From: the human T2T-CHM13v2.0 reference genome, Homo sapiens
Assembly: GCF_009914755.1 (NCBI RefSeq)
Contig: NC_060926.1
Strand: one strand, 5' to 3'
DNA: 64,000 bases
Shown here: positions 16,723 to 30,179 of the stretch, piece by piece
Position numbering within the stretch: the stretch's first letter is position 1
Layout of the letters: each line of letters begins with the position of its first letter
Position numbers and translations under genes: made by a program
The notes under the pieces: model-generated
Told to the model about the DNA's origin: nothing
Seen by the model: the letters and a program-made list of their open reading frames with translations, nothing else
The model's database searches: none

Positions 16723-16842
16723 AGGTATTGATCCAATTTCATTTTTTCCTGTATAAAAACGAATTGTCTCTCTTATCATTATATAGCAATGACTTGAGTC
16801 TTTTGGTTTTCTTTTGGTTAGTATTTGTCTGATATGTTCTTT

Positions 16843-17314
16843 TTTAAAAAAATGTTTTATTTCCATAGGTTTTTGGGGGAACAGTTGGTATTTGGTTACA
16901 GGAGTAAGTTCTTTAGTGGTGATTTGTGAGATTTTGGTGCACCCATCACCGGAGCAGTATACACTGAACTTAATTTGTAGTCTTTTTTTTTTTTTTTTTT
17001 TTTTTTTTGAGATGGAGTCTTGCTCTGTCACCCAGGCTGGAGTGCAGTGGCACTATCTTGGCTCACTGCAAGTTCTGCCTCCTGGGTTCACGCCATTCTC
17101 CTGCCTCAGCCTCCCAAGTAGCTGAAACTACAGGCGCCCACCACCATGCCCGGCCAACTTTTTCTATTTTTTTAGTAGAGACAGGGTTTCACCGTGTTAG
17201 CCAGGATGGTCTCGATCTCCTGACCTTGTGATCTGCCTGCCTTGGCCTCCCAAAGTGCTGGGATTACAGGTGTGAGCCACTGCACCTGGCCAGTTTGTAG
17301 TCTTTTATTCCTCA
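16843..17314 (-). mobile_element. Very short 5'-truncated L1PB 3' end, split by an AluY
   Basis: ttccataggtttttgggggaacag...ttggtgcacccatcacc; TSD tgtctg(a/g)tatgttcttt at 16826-16842 and 17315-17331. Confidence 0.85.
16983..17291 (-). mobile_element. AluY
   Basis: ttcacgccattctcc, accgtgttagccaggatggtctcgatc; TSD a(a/g)tttgtagtctttt. Confidence 0.95.
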
Positions 17315-20300
17315 TGTCTGGTATGTTCTTTGAAGGAGAGTGTTCAGTCATTTTCATTTACAGTGATTATTGTTGCTTTTGAATTTATCGCTACCATCTT
17401 AATTTTCATTTTCTCTTTGCCTTATTTTTTTTCCTTCTTTCAGATTGGTTTGTTATTATGCTGTTTCTTCCATTCTACTTTTTCCTCTTCTAGTTTTTAG
17501 TTGTACCTACTGTTTCTATTAATTTTGTGGTTATCTTAAAAATTTTATTATGCATATTTAGCTTAAAAATCTTCAAAGGACATCGCTATCTTCAGGACCT
17601 TAGAACACTTTAACTTTGATAACCATTTCCTTTACTATTATTTTATATTTGTTCTATCTTTCTAAAATCCCACAATTTAGACATTGTTATCATTGCAGTG
17701 AATTTTTATTGACTTCATCCACATGTTTAGTTTATTTTCTCTTGGTATTTCCTTCTGAATTTCATATCTTTCTTTGTTCTATAGTGTTTCCATTAGAAGT
17801 TCCTTTAGAAAGGATACGTGGGTGGTAAACTCCATTTTTGCTTGTCTGAAAATGTCTTCATGATGCTTATCTTGAAAGATACTTCTGTTGGGTATAAGAT
17901 TCCAAATTGAGAGTTATTGTTATTTGGCATGTTGAAGGTGTTATTCCATAATCTTCTGGCTTTCATGGTTGCTCATGGATGTCAGCAATAATTTTATTAA
18001 TAATCGTTCATTTGTAGATAATCTCTTTTTTCTCTCTGGCTTCTTTTAAGATCTCTTGAACTCAGGTGTGCTGTAATTTCTCATGATGTCTCTAGGTGCG
18101 GATTTATTTTCATTTTTCCTTCTTGGCATTGTTATAATTCTGAATCTGAAGATTTATGCCTTTCCACAATTCTAGCAACTTTCTTGCATCTCCTCATTTG
18201 CTTCGTTATCTTTGACTGTCCTATTAAATATGTCTCTCTCTTCTGACTCTCTTCTCCAATCTCTGACCTCTCTTTTATATGTAAATCTTTGATTCTTGTT
18301 GCTGCATATGGGTACTCAGATTTATCTGTTAACCCATGGGTTCTCTCTTCAGCTCTAACTTGAAGATTAGCTTGACAATTAGGTTTCTAATATTACGATA
18401 GTTTCCAGTTTAACGTTTTGTCTTTTTCACCACTGTCTATTTTTATACTCCCTTGTTTCTTCATCATTTTCAGTATTTTTTTCTGTAAACACATTAAACT
18501 CATGTATTTTTAAATATAATATCTGATAATTCTAATACCAGCAATTTTTGTGAGTCTGATTGAATTGCATAATTATTCTGCTGACTGTTGTTCATAGTGG
18601 CTTGTTTCCTTATTTGTTTTGTGATTTTTATTTGTGAGCTCATAATCATTGGAACTCTATCTGTGGGAAATCTGAGGCCTGGGTTAAAGTTATCTTCTAT
18701 AGAGAGAATTTAAATTTGCTTCTGCAAGCCAACAGGGGAATGAAACCAAGAGCTACTTTAGTCTGTAATCTTTTTGTTTTCCTCTGCATAGATAATGTGA
18801 GTCCTGTTACCAAACCAAAGTGAAAGTTTGCCTGAGACTATGAGTTCTTAGGAATTCTCTTCTTTTTTTCCTTTATGCAGAAACCAGAATCCAGAACCCT
18901 TGCTTCGTGAGTCAGTGGGATAGTTTTGTTTCGTTTGTTTGTTTAGTTTACCTTTTTCATTGAGAATATCTCCTTTCATTATTTCAGCTTTGTGGAAATG
19001 TCTTGATCTTAATTTCTGTTTTAGGTTGGTCCTGTCTCCTATTCCTCATTAAAATCAATATCTCCAAACTGTAAGAAATCACAAATTTCTGCAAATGCCT
19101 CCAGGCAACTGTGCTGTTGAGTGCTTGGTTACGTTTTTGGATTCTAGCTTTTAAATCATTTTTGCTTCTGAAAATTCCTTTATTTTCTTGCCATCTAAGC
19201 TATGCTTCTAAAAAGGTTTTTAAAAATGTTTTGTTCAGAATTTTTAGGTATCCTGTACAGAAAAATTCCTTGGGATGCACCATATTGTTGGAATTATAAA
19301 CCTAGAAGTTTAAAACTTTGAGGTAGTCAGGTGTATCAATATTTTCTTTCATGAATTTTGTTTTCGGTGTTAAGCTTGGGAGGTCCTGCTCCAGTTCAAG
19401 AATATCCAAATGTTCAAATACATTTTCTTATTGTAGTTGCATGGTTTTATGTTTTAAATGTTTAAATATTTATTTCATTTGGAGTTAATCTCGATGAAAC
19501 ATGAAAAGTAGGAATCTAATTTTATTTTTTTTCTCAGATAGTTAACTTGTTGTCCCAACATCTAGGTAATTTGTTAAAAAAAAGAAATATAAAATAATAA
19601 TGGCTAAAGGTATAACTAGTAATGAAAAGGATTGTGTTTTAGTCGAAGTTACAAACATACTTGTTAGATGCATAATATGGAAAACCAATTGTGAAAATGA
19701 ATAATTCTGTGTTTTTTAAAAGTATGTTGATTTCCTTTGTACTCTGTGAAAGAGGGTGGACTTTTAATTCCTTGGTTTATTCACCAGTTTCTCTAACAGA
19801 AATTTTTTTTCTAAAAAATGTCCAGGATACTATAAAATGGAGCATTAAAATAGGAGACTCTGGAGAGCAAAAGATTTTTTGCTGACTCCATGTTTTTTGT
19901 TTTTCTAAAATCAGAATCTTGTATATATTGAATTTACCCATTGTGACATAATTATTGATGATCTAGTAGAGAACTAGAAACAGATATGTATTAATTTGGA
20001 TGGGGAAAATTGGACTTTCTTATTTTCCCAGGAATGACGGCTATGAAGATGGAGACAGAGGTGCATGGATAACCCCTATGGAATATTATTATGCCCTTCC
20101 TCATAGATTAAATTTGCGCTTTTTTGTCAAGTTTCCCTTTACCCATGGAATTATTTCCATGCAAACTAGAAATTCACTGTGGTGAGAAGTAAAATTTAAC
20201 TTCCAATTGAAACTTGTAGCTTACATTGCCACAGATCCATGTAAGAATAACATGGGTTTTGCATTATGGGCATAATCTCTATCATTCAGCAATTATTTGT

Positions 20301-22302
20301 TGATCCTTTGAAACTCCATGCTGGGCCTTGCATTGAATAGGAAGAGACTTCAATCCTCATTTATTTATAAGGTGGGAGAACGGGTTAGTTTTAATAATAG
20401 AACATATGAATGATTAATCACATAAAAAAGGTCAAAAAATAGAAATACATTTGAAATTAAAAGTGTATGGAAGAGACTTGACCCTCTTTGGCACTTCTGG
20501 ATTTTATAGTATTTTCCACTTACAGTCAGAGAACTTTGACTGTTATTGCTTAGCCTGGTAATTATAGGTGAACAAGGCAGTTAGAGGTTGGATGGAAACA
20601 GGATTGCTTTTACAGACATATTAGAAGTTGCTTTATGGACTACGTTTCTGAAAGCTTGTTTGCTTGTTATTCTTTCCTCATTAAAGAGAATTCTAAGAAT
20701 TCTGAGAATTCTAGAATTCTAAGCAACAGTTGCAACATCTTTCATATGCCCAGTGTCCAACACAGTGTTGGGAACATAGTAGGCATTCAATAAACACCTG
20801 CAAATTAACGGAAAAGGGAGCGTAGGAAAACACCACCCTGTTTATTTTAACTTTCTGGTTGATTGCATTCTAGATAAATGACAGTTTATTATAGAGAGAA
20901 AAACAGGATCTGATGGAATCTAGGAAAGATGTGGAAAGGGGAGTTTGTCCAGCAGGTCAGGAAATTTGAACCCGTTGTCAAGGGTTCTAAATGTTTTTCC
21001 TGTTCAATGTTACACATCATTCATTTTAGTTTGTTTTTATGTGAGCTTAAACTTTGGGTAATTTCTTGATTAGTGCCTTTTAACTTTTTAATTTAACATC
21101 AGGTTTGTTTTTTTTTACAACAGCTGCCCAAAATATCCCTGAAAAATGAGGGCTGTGTTCACCTTTAATACTTAAAAATCACTTGGAGGCAGTTCAATTG
21201 AGCATGAGTATGTGTTTGCAAGAAAGTAAAACACAACCAGAGTGAGTAACCTCTGTTCTCTGAGGCTTATTGCATATCATTTATGCTTGAAAAAACAGTG
21301 AATTTATTTGTTTTAATGCCCCAAACTTTGACTTAAGAGTTAAAAAAAGCTAGCTGACCAATATAGTAAAAATGGCAGCAAACTTACTTTTAACTGGGAT
21401 GGTATTTAATCTTACATCTCTTTATCACAGAACATGTTGAAAACAGAAATAATTTTCTAATGTTGGAAGCACATTTAGAATGTTTTCTCTGGTAATATAA
21501 AATGTAGGCTGGCCAAATTCAGTGAATAACCAAAGTTCCCAAACCCACCCTGGAGATAAAGAAGAGTTATTTTTTTAGCTTAAATTATCCAAATAGCTTA
21601 TCTTTATAATCCCATGACATTCAGTAATTGCTCAATCTTCATCTGGTCCCTGCTGCACTGTGAACTGAGCTATATTAATGAAATGAAAGGATTTAAGGAA
21701 ATAGTATGCTAGGAATCAGCAATGAAAGGCTCATTTTACTTTAAAAATGTTGTTTTTAAATTAGAGATGATACATGATAATTTATTTAAACCTGAAGAAA
21801 TCCTGATTCATCTTCTCAAATATCTATATTTTGTTGATTATTCCATGGAGATTTTACTCTCTTGTTTTATATTTTCTCTAAAGGAGTGGGTGGGTCTTAG
21901 CTTGATTTGATGTTTCTTCCCAGGCCACCAATAAAGGCAGGCTTGTTTCCCAAGTGATTTTTATTATCTTTCTAGAAAAATGCTGATGACAATAACTTTT
22001 TAAATTACCCTTTGTACTGAACTTCTTCATGCCTTCCTAATCAAATATGTTAACAGCCAATTATTTAAAATTTAAGAAGTAACTTTGAGTTAAACAAGGG
22101 CCTCTTCCTTAAAAATGGACCCTAGAAAGCATAACAGAGAATATAAGACATGTTTAGTTATTTTTTTAGATTCAGAGTTTGATTAGAGAGAAAGTGACAT
22201 TGATAAAATGGCCTTTCAGTAATTAAGAACTTTTGTTTGGTCCTTGGCATTGTGCCATACACACTGTGGGGTATAAAAGCTTATGATGTGGTTACAGTCA
22301 CC

Positions 22303-22345
22303 AACTTACAGTCTAGATAACATGAACTTACAGTCTAGATAACAT
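22303..22345. repeat. Perfect 21-bp tandem duplication
   Basis: aacttacagtctagataacat-g-aacttacagtctagataacat. Confidence 0.97.
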
Positions 22346-24585
22346 AATCATATTTACACCTGAACTTCCAGCAATTAAACATACAACTAAATGCCAAAAT
22401 GAGTAGTATAAATAGCAAATACTATAAGAGTTCTTAATGCAGGTTACCTATCAGTATAGGCCAGTTGACTTACACAGTGGAGTCACATCTTACTTAGGGG
22501 TTTGGTACTAAAGTCAATATACAATATGAAAATTATGCAAAGTCAATATCCTTGAAAGCCTATTAAACTGCTCATAAATTTTAGTATATCCCATCACAAA
22601 TATGTGCTACATTAGATACTAACACACTCTCTCTCAGCAAGTGCTGTACAGTTAGTGTTTCCTTTGCTGTAGACACAGATCACTAAAGAAGTGGGCTTGG
22701 CTTTATCAGCATCTGGAGCTGCTTAGACTACAAGGGGCACGTGGGGAGTGAATGCTCCTTCAGTGGAATAGACGGCAGAACTGCCTACACTTTACAGTTC
22801 TTTTACTCACATCCTTTCCAATAATCATGTAGAGGCAAGTTTACATAAAGTGTGTACATGATGTGTTCCATTTTAGATAAATTACCTGCACTCTTGCCTT
22901 CTCTTTCTCTAGCTGTAGATGGTAAATGTTGATTTGTTTTTATTTGGCTGTATTTAAGATTCATGTAGCATACTTAAATCAGCATATTATTTTTCCATGC
23001 TTATTTTAAAAATAAGACCAAGGCTGTCCTAATTAGGACCTTTGTATTCTCCTCTATAATTTTCCTATGTTTTTCTTCCCCTCCTTTTAGTTTCATGGGA
23101 GAAAATATACTCTACCTATTCTATAGCCAAAACTACCACCTGTCCTGGAACTCACTCTTTCTCATTTTCTTTAGGACTCCACCCCCTCATCCCCAAACTG
23201 AATAACCAATTAGCAGATATTTACAGAGCATCTACTATGGTGCAAATTATTGGACTAAGTTTGGAAAAGAAACTTTGAAGTGCATCAAAAGGGAAGACTG
23301 GGACATTCAATTGCACAAAGTACCATGTTATAAGCACCAAGCTGGTGATACAGAGAGTCAGTACTGTGGTCATTTCAGAGAAGGGAGACACTCATAGCCT
23401 GGAGTGAGTGGCTGAGAAAGTCCAGGGAAGGGGCTCGGGACTGAGCCAGGCCTGGAACCTTGGGTAGGATTAAGACAAAGAGAGCAGGGTGCATTCATAA
23501 TTCCATTCATTCAGACTGAGATACATGAGTGCTGCCTGGTACTGGTCCTCTGTGAGCTCCTGGTCTAGCGATGGAGACAGACAGTGAAAAAGATAAATTT
23601 CAACAATGTGGCAAATGTGATTATACAGGGATTTGAACAAAGTCTTGTAGGGGCACAGAGTGTGGAGGAACCCTGTTGGATTCTGATAAGAGGTAAGAAA
23701 GGACAGGTCATTTGGGCGGCACTTTAAAGGTAGGTAGGAGCTTCCCAGGGCACAGAAGGGAGAAAAGCCTCTTTGGACAAAAGAAAACACTGCTCCCAGG
23801 AATAAATCTGGAACGAATGAGAAGCCCACCATGGCAGAGATGAAGTGCTGGATGTGAAGGGTGCGGCACAGGGGGAAGCAGACTGTGAAACATCTTCCAT
23901 GACTACGGGAGGATTTGCATTTCACCTTCTAGGAAAAAGAGAGTGAAAAGAGAATTGGAAGCCACAACATGCCATTATAAGATTTGTTTTCTGACAAGAA
24001 AATGCATTTAAGCCTAGTGGCAGGGAGACCAGATAAGAGGTTGAGGGCTACACAAGGGCAAGATTGTGTTGAATTCCTCTTGGTATGCCCAGCACCTAGC
24101 ACATAGGTGTGCTATATTTTACTGAATTGAGCCTTTGTGTTGCCTATATAGTCTAAGGAAGGGCTGAGAGCAAACTAAGGCCTTAGCAATGGAAGTAGAA
24201 AGAAGAGGTCAAATTTGAGTGAGGTTTGTGAGATAGATTCCACAGGGACTATTTTTTTGATCAGATGTGGTGGGAGGGGATTAGGAAGAAGAGAAAGTTG
24301 AAGATAATGCTAATGCTTCTTAACTTGGGAGGCCAGATAGATTTGTTATGAAATAAAATAGAAAACACAGGAGCCATGATGGGATTTGGACTCTCTTTTG
24401 GAAGTGGCTGTTTTGTTTAAAGGGCCTGTGGATTTGTCCAGCGGGCAGTGGGAAGCATAGCTCTAAAGAGTGGCATTGAGCTTAAGGCCAGGGATACAGA
24501 TTTCACAGTAACAAGCAGAGAATAGATGGACTGGGAGCAGATGAGACCACAGTGGAATGGCCACTCTCTGGGACTGGATGAGGAC

Positions 24586-25300
24586 TGTACTGAGTTGAAG
24601 AGTCCCCTCCCTTCACCGCCCCGGGATTTCATGTCTACCCAGAACCTAAGATTCTTACCTTATTTGGGATTGTTTGGAGGTTCTAGCAGGGGAGTGCAGC
24701 TACTTGTATATCCTTGACCAAAGACTGGTCCTCCTCTATCCAGATGGTCACCTTCTTCCCCCTAGTGCGCAGCTTCTGGAGGGATGCACATGGAGCAGTG
24801 AGGGAGGAAGAGGACACCTGCCTAGCCAGCCAGATCAGCCGAATCAACCCTGGTGATCAATGGAGTGACAGATGTTGCAGCCATATCGCCCTCATATCCT
24901 GTCACCTTATTTGGAATTGGGTCTCTGCAGTTGTAATTAGTTAAGTTAAAATCAGGTCATATTGGATTAGGGTGGGCCCTAATCCAATGCCTAGTGTCCT
25001 TGTGAGAAGAGAAAACAGAGACACAGACACACAGTGGAGAAAGCCATGTGAAGACAGAAGCAGAGATTTGAGTAACGCATGTATAAACTAAGGAACACAA
25101 AGGATTTCCAGGACCTCCAAAAAGGTAAGAGAAGACAAGGAAGGACCCTCCTTATGGCCTTCCGAGACAGCATGGTTCTGCCAACCCTTGATTTTAGACT
25201 TTTAGCCTCCAGAATTGTGAGAGAATATGTCAATATGTCTGTTGTTTTAAGCCACCCGGGCTGTGGTATTTTGTTATGGCAGCCCTAGAAGATTAATACA
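24586..25300 (+). mobile_element. MLT1B/C MaLR solo LTR containing the 7SK retrocopy
   Basis: TG...CA termini; TSD aggac at 24581-24585 and 25301-25305; gaccttatttggaa..gggtc and gttgttttaagccacc motifs. Confidence 0.9.
24670..24899 (-). pseudogene. 7SK snRNA retropseudogene, ~nt 1-230, 3'-truncated, no poly(A) (RN7SKP family; possibly RN7SKP208, number from memory only)
   Basis: Reverse complement reads GGATATGAGGGCGATATGGCTGCAACATCTGTCACTCCATTGATCACCAGGGTTGATTCGGCTGATCTGGCTGGCTAGGC...CCCCTGCTAGAACCTCCAAACAA; TSD accttatttgg(g/a)att at 24657-24671 and 24904-24918. Confidence 0.95.
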
Positions 25301-26199
25301 AGGACCATGGATGAGCCCTGGAACCTGACAGTGAAGGGTAGCAGGAAATGAGAACGTGAGAAAGGGGCAGAGAAGGAACATTCCCAGAGGTAGAGAAGGC
25401 CATGTGAGTGCATGAGGGGAGTAGCACAAGAATGGCTTGATTAGGAGAGACGACTTGTGGTGAGGCATGGTTTAGAGATAAAGTCTCAAAGATGTTTAGA
25501 GCCAGCTGAGGTGCACTTCCGTGTCAGGAACAGCCATATATGGTACATGGGCAGCCTCTGATGGTCGGGGGCATGCAGGGGACAGGATGGTTCTGGGCTG
25601 TTTCCACATCTCCAATCTTCTGTCTCTTCCCTCCTCTTGCTTCCAAACTCATGCCTGTCTCCCCTATTCTGCAAAGGACAAAGCAAATGACCCTGGGTCT
25701 AATCTGCACCCACTGCCTCCAATTCCTCACCACTCACCCTCCAGGACTTGATTTCTAGCTTTAGTTTCCCAAGTAGTCTTTAACTTGTTAACTCCTGTGC
25801 CTTTTTGTTTCTCCTTGTTTTCCTTGACCTCAGTGCATCTCTGCAGTACTAATATTTCCGATCTTCTCTGCCTTGTCCGAAGTTTCTCTTCATATGACTT
25901 CTCTGCTGCTATATTATTTCAATTCTTAAATTACATTTCAGTCCCCCTAGGGTTCATTCTTCCTGCTGCTGCGTAATGTGGACTAGATGATTTTCTTGGG
26001 TTAGCAATGACTTCTATGATTCCCTCCCTCTCTCCCTCAGACAATTTATATAACTATTCATTGAATGAATTAATTATGAATTAATTCAGTAAACAGTAAT
26101 GCCACAAAAATTTCTTCACATTTGCCCTCTCTCAGACCTAATATAATTTTGGTTAGGAATATTAAGCATCAGTTCTAATCCATGTCTGTTTAGAATTCC

Positions 26200-26760
26200 T
26201 CTTGTTTTATTCAAAATGTTTCCTTAAGGAGCTTATTGAAGAAAATTTAGAAAATACAGAAAAAGAAAGAAGAGAAAAAAGCATCCAATATTTCCTTTCA
26301 TCTTTTTTTTTTACATGAAGGGTTTTCTTTCATTTTTATAAGCAAGCATTTTTATATATGTATGTGTATCTATAATATTGGCTTATTTTCTGTTTTTTAA
26401 TATTATAAGCATTTTTATGTTATTACCAATGTTCATAGGTATTTCTCATGGCTACATAGTAATCTATTGAGAGATTATATAATTTTTTCCTTAATCATTT
26501 TCCTGCTGTTCAACATATATGCTGTTTCTGTTTTTCTATTAAAAATAATGCTGCAGTAAATATCTTTGTGCACAAAATTTTTCCTATTGTAATTGTATTT
26601 AAAATAATATCTCCCTCAAAGTGGAATTTTTGGATCTGGGGTATAACCATTTTACATCTTAATATATATTGTCAATTTGCTTATATGGGGTTCTATACCA
26701 AATTGCACATCAGCAGTTTGTAAGTACTTGTTTTACCACCGCCCTTAAATGCTTACTTTA
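26200..26760 (-). mobile_element. Old L1ME fragment
   Basis: aataatgctgcagtaaatatctttgtgcac and similar antisense L1M motifs. Confidence 0.55.
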
Positions 26761-28473
26761 ATTTTCTGTTCTTTAAATACTTGCCTTTCTTCCTGCAAGA
26801 ACATTGATGATGTAGGTGTTCTTAGTGACGAGACCTACAATTTGTATATTTTTATAATATATATCTCTCTATATATTACAAAATACATAAAATTATTATA
26901 TATAGAGAGAGAGAGAGAGAGAAAGAGAGTTTCTGTTAGAAACTAAGTTGACAAGAATCTGGCTTTTACTAACAAAAGCATGTTTACTTGAAAGCAGAAT
27001 CTTAAAGAAAAAAGAAAAGATCTGAAAAGAAAATTTATTATGGTTTAGAGGCAGTTTCTGAATCTGTGGGATAGCATTTCTCTGTGATTCCTCTGCAGAA
27101 TAAGAAAACATTCTTAATTGCTTAATTTTAAGCAGAAAAACAATTCCAACAGAGAGAGAATAGTTTTCTTTATGGAGATACGATATTCACGTATCCTTAT
27201 GGAAAATATCTTCCCAAGGGCATGTACAGATGAACATTTTCTGATATGCTTGTTATCTGCTGGCCACATGAAGTGACTCTTTAGCAAAGCTTACATGAGA
27301 GATTTGTGTATTGCCCTAATGTAGGCATGTGTAGCCTGTGGTGTGTAGGATTGGCTCAGAACATTAATTAAATTCTTCCTGCTATTTTATACAGAATGTA
27401 CTGTCAGTTTATAGTGTCTGTAGAGTTCTTTCAAAGAGTCTAAGATCTACCATTTTATAGCAAACAGTCCATGTCAAGTCTGATTTCTGAATCACTTTCT
27501 CATAATTCACTGCGTTTCTGGTTAGTGATACTTGAAGAAAAGTTAGAGAAAAGATAGGTGCTTGATAATACATAACTGGTATGTTCTGTATTCCCAGGTT
27601 TTTGAAAAATCAAACCAGTGGTGATATGCTAAAAGCTAAATTTTGTAAAATGTTAAACATTCATGAAAGAAAAGCTAGGTTTCCTGCCAGCCTTGCGGTC
27701 AGCAGCAGTACTCTGGCCTGATTACTTAAGCCGATGTTTTTCCTAAATCAGTCATGAATCAGTAATTATCAAGTTTTGCAATACTAGGCAATTCTCTTGA
27801 GAACAGCAAATGATTTGTAATGTTAAGTTGATAGCTTTTTTAAAAAAAAAACGAAATAATTTGGCTCCTCTTGATGGGTTTCCCTGGGCACTGGGCAGAC
27901 CCCTATTGATTTAATGGGCTTTGTCTGTGGAAGCTTGGTAGATTTATCTTTCTTACACGATCAAATAGCACATATTTGTTTTCTTTCTCCACAAAAATAA
28001 GAATGCTGCTGGTGTGTAGTATATTGGTTTCGCTTCTATTCATTTGGCTTAACTACTTAAACCACAGTTTAGTCACAAAATGGAAAAAAATGAGAAGTCA
28101 TAGAAACAAAATCAAAAATCAAGATTTTTTGCTTTATTTAGTTTCTTCCAGCATGTTTTGGAATGACCTGCTGGTAACTGTTTTCTTCTCCTATAACATG
28201 TTCTCTTTTGTGTATGGGGATTATAGATCCTAGAGTTGGATCTATAAGGGACTTATAGGGACTTTGTGAAAAAATTTTAATTCAGTCCCCTGATTTTTGA
28301 AGCCCATGGGAGTTTAAAACCTGTATCAGTTACAGAGCCCAGAATTGGTTTAATAGGGATCCAAACATGGGCTGTTTTTCTTACACAGTGGCATCGTTTC
28401 AGAGACAGGATACCCGGAGCTCAGCGAATGACATTGTTTGCAATTTGCTTTGAGGTACTGCGTGATGCTGGGA

Positions 28474-29322
28474 TTTTTTTTTTTTTCAGTATACTTTAAG
28501 TTTTAGGGTACTTGTGCACAATGTGCAGGTTCGTTACATATGTATACATGTGCCATGTTGGTGTGCTGCACCCATTAACTCGTCATTTAACATTAGGTAT
28601 GTCTCCTAATGCTATCCCTCCCCCCTCCCCCCATTCCACAACAGGCCCTGGTGTGTGATGTTCCCCTTCCTGTGTCCGTGTGTTCTCATGGTTCAGTTCC
28701 CACCTATGAGTGAGACCATTTTTTGTCCTTGCGATAGTTTGCTGAGAATGATGGTTTCCAGCTTCATCCATGTCCCTACAAAGGACGTGAACTCATCATT
28801 TTTTATGGCTGCATAGTATTCCATGGTGTATATGTGTCACATTTTCTTAATCCAGTCTATCATTTTTGGACATTTGGGTTGGTTCCAAGTCTTTGCTATT
28901 GTGAATAGTGCTGCAATAAACATACGTGTGCATGTGTCTTTATAGCAGCATGTTTTATAATCCTTTGGGTATATACCCAGTAATGGGATGGCTGGGTCAA
29001 ATGGTATTTCTAGTTCTAGATCCCTGAGGAATCGCCACACTGACTTCCACAATGGTTGAACTAGTTTACAGTCCCACCAACAGTGTAAAAGTGTTCCTAT
29101 TTCTCCACATCCTCTCCAGCACCTGTGGTTTCCTGATTTTTTAATGATCACCATTCTAACTGGTGTGAGATGGTATCTCATTGTGGTTTTGATTTGCATT
29201 TCTCTGATGGCCAGTGATGATGAGCATTTTTTCATGTGTCTTTTGGTTGCATAAATGTCTTCTTTTGAGAAATGTCTGTTCATATCCTTCGCCCACTTTT
29301 TGATGGGATTGTTTGTTTTTTT

Positions 29323-29324
<2 letters not shown>
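28474..29324 (-). mobile_element. L1PA (PA3-5-like) 3' segment including the ORF2 C-terminus
   Basis: Poly(T) plus L1PA 3'UTR; ORF 28837-29283 encodes the ORF2p Cys-rich motif [18 protein letters not shown]. Confidence 0.96.
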
Positions 29325-29580
<256 letters not shown>

Positions 29581-30179
29581 TAAACAACCAGTTTCTTGGT
29601 TGTCCGGGTCCCCTCAGGCTGTTACTCCTCTTCTGCATTCACCATCTCAGTCCTGTATACTTTACTCAGGAGACCTGTATAACTGTCTTGTCTATCTCCT
29701 GCTTGTTTACTTTTGGAGGCACTCTTCTTGGGCACATCTTTGACAACAGCTTTGCTTGGAGTTTCCCAAGAATCTGGATGTGCTAACATTCATGAGGGAC
29801 CCTCAGGGGTCAGCATTGGAAGAGCCTTTCAAAATACTCTAGAATCCTACACATCTTGTCTTCAAGGGGCTTTTTTTTTTAGTTCTTTAGTTAGGACTTC
29901 ATAATGGAGTGCCCTTGTCTAATAACTATGACCTTTTTTGAGCACTAATGAGTTTTGGCATTCTGAAGCTCTCCCCAGATACTGACTAGCACCCTGGGAG
30001 TTTGGTCAGGTTCTTGGTAGAAGTTCGACCTTCCCATTCTCTGTTTCCTCACCACCATTCAGAATAGGCTCTGGTACCCTGAATAAGCCTAACCCATGGC
30101 TAATCTTCAACATTGAAAACCTTGCAGTGTGGGTTCCCAGGTTTTATTGTGTTATCAAGGGGGAGCTGCAGAAATTCAC

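Larger units (their letters stand above)
14360..19570 (-). mobile_element. Nested old L1M/HAL1-like complex (outer L1ME at ~14360-14565 resuming at ~19303-19570; inner L1M ~14580-19300)
   Basis: Antisense L1M 3'UTR, ORF2 and ORF1-type motifs; outer fragments appear collinear with consensus. Confidence 0.7.
23200..25450 (-). mobile_element. L2 fragments hosting the MLT1 LTR
   Basis: ttcattcattca tail at ~23500 and purine-rich antisense L2 body. Confidence 0.65.

Noticed and set aside
23470-23925. 151-aa ORF and similar hydrophobic ORFs (31365, 49931)
   Set aside because: Chance ORFs in L2 or LTR sequence with low-complexity composition
28837-29283. 148-aa ORF with a Cys-rich motif
   Set aside because: C-terminus of L1 ORF2p in a truncated, inverted L1PA; not an independent gene
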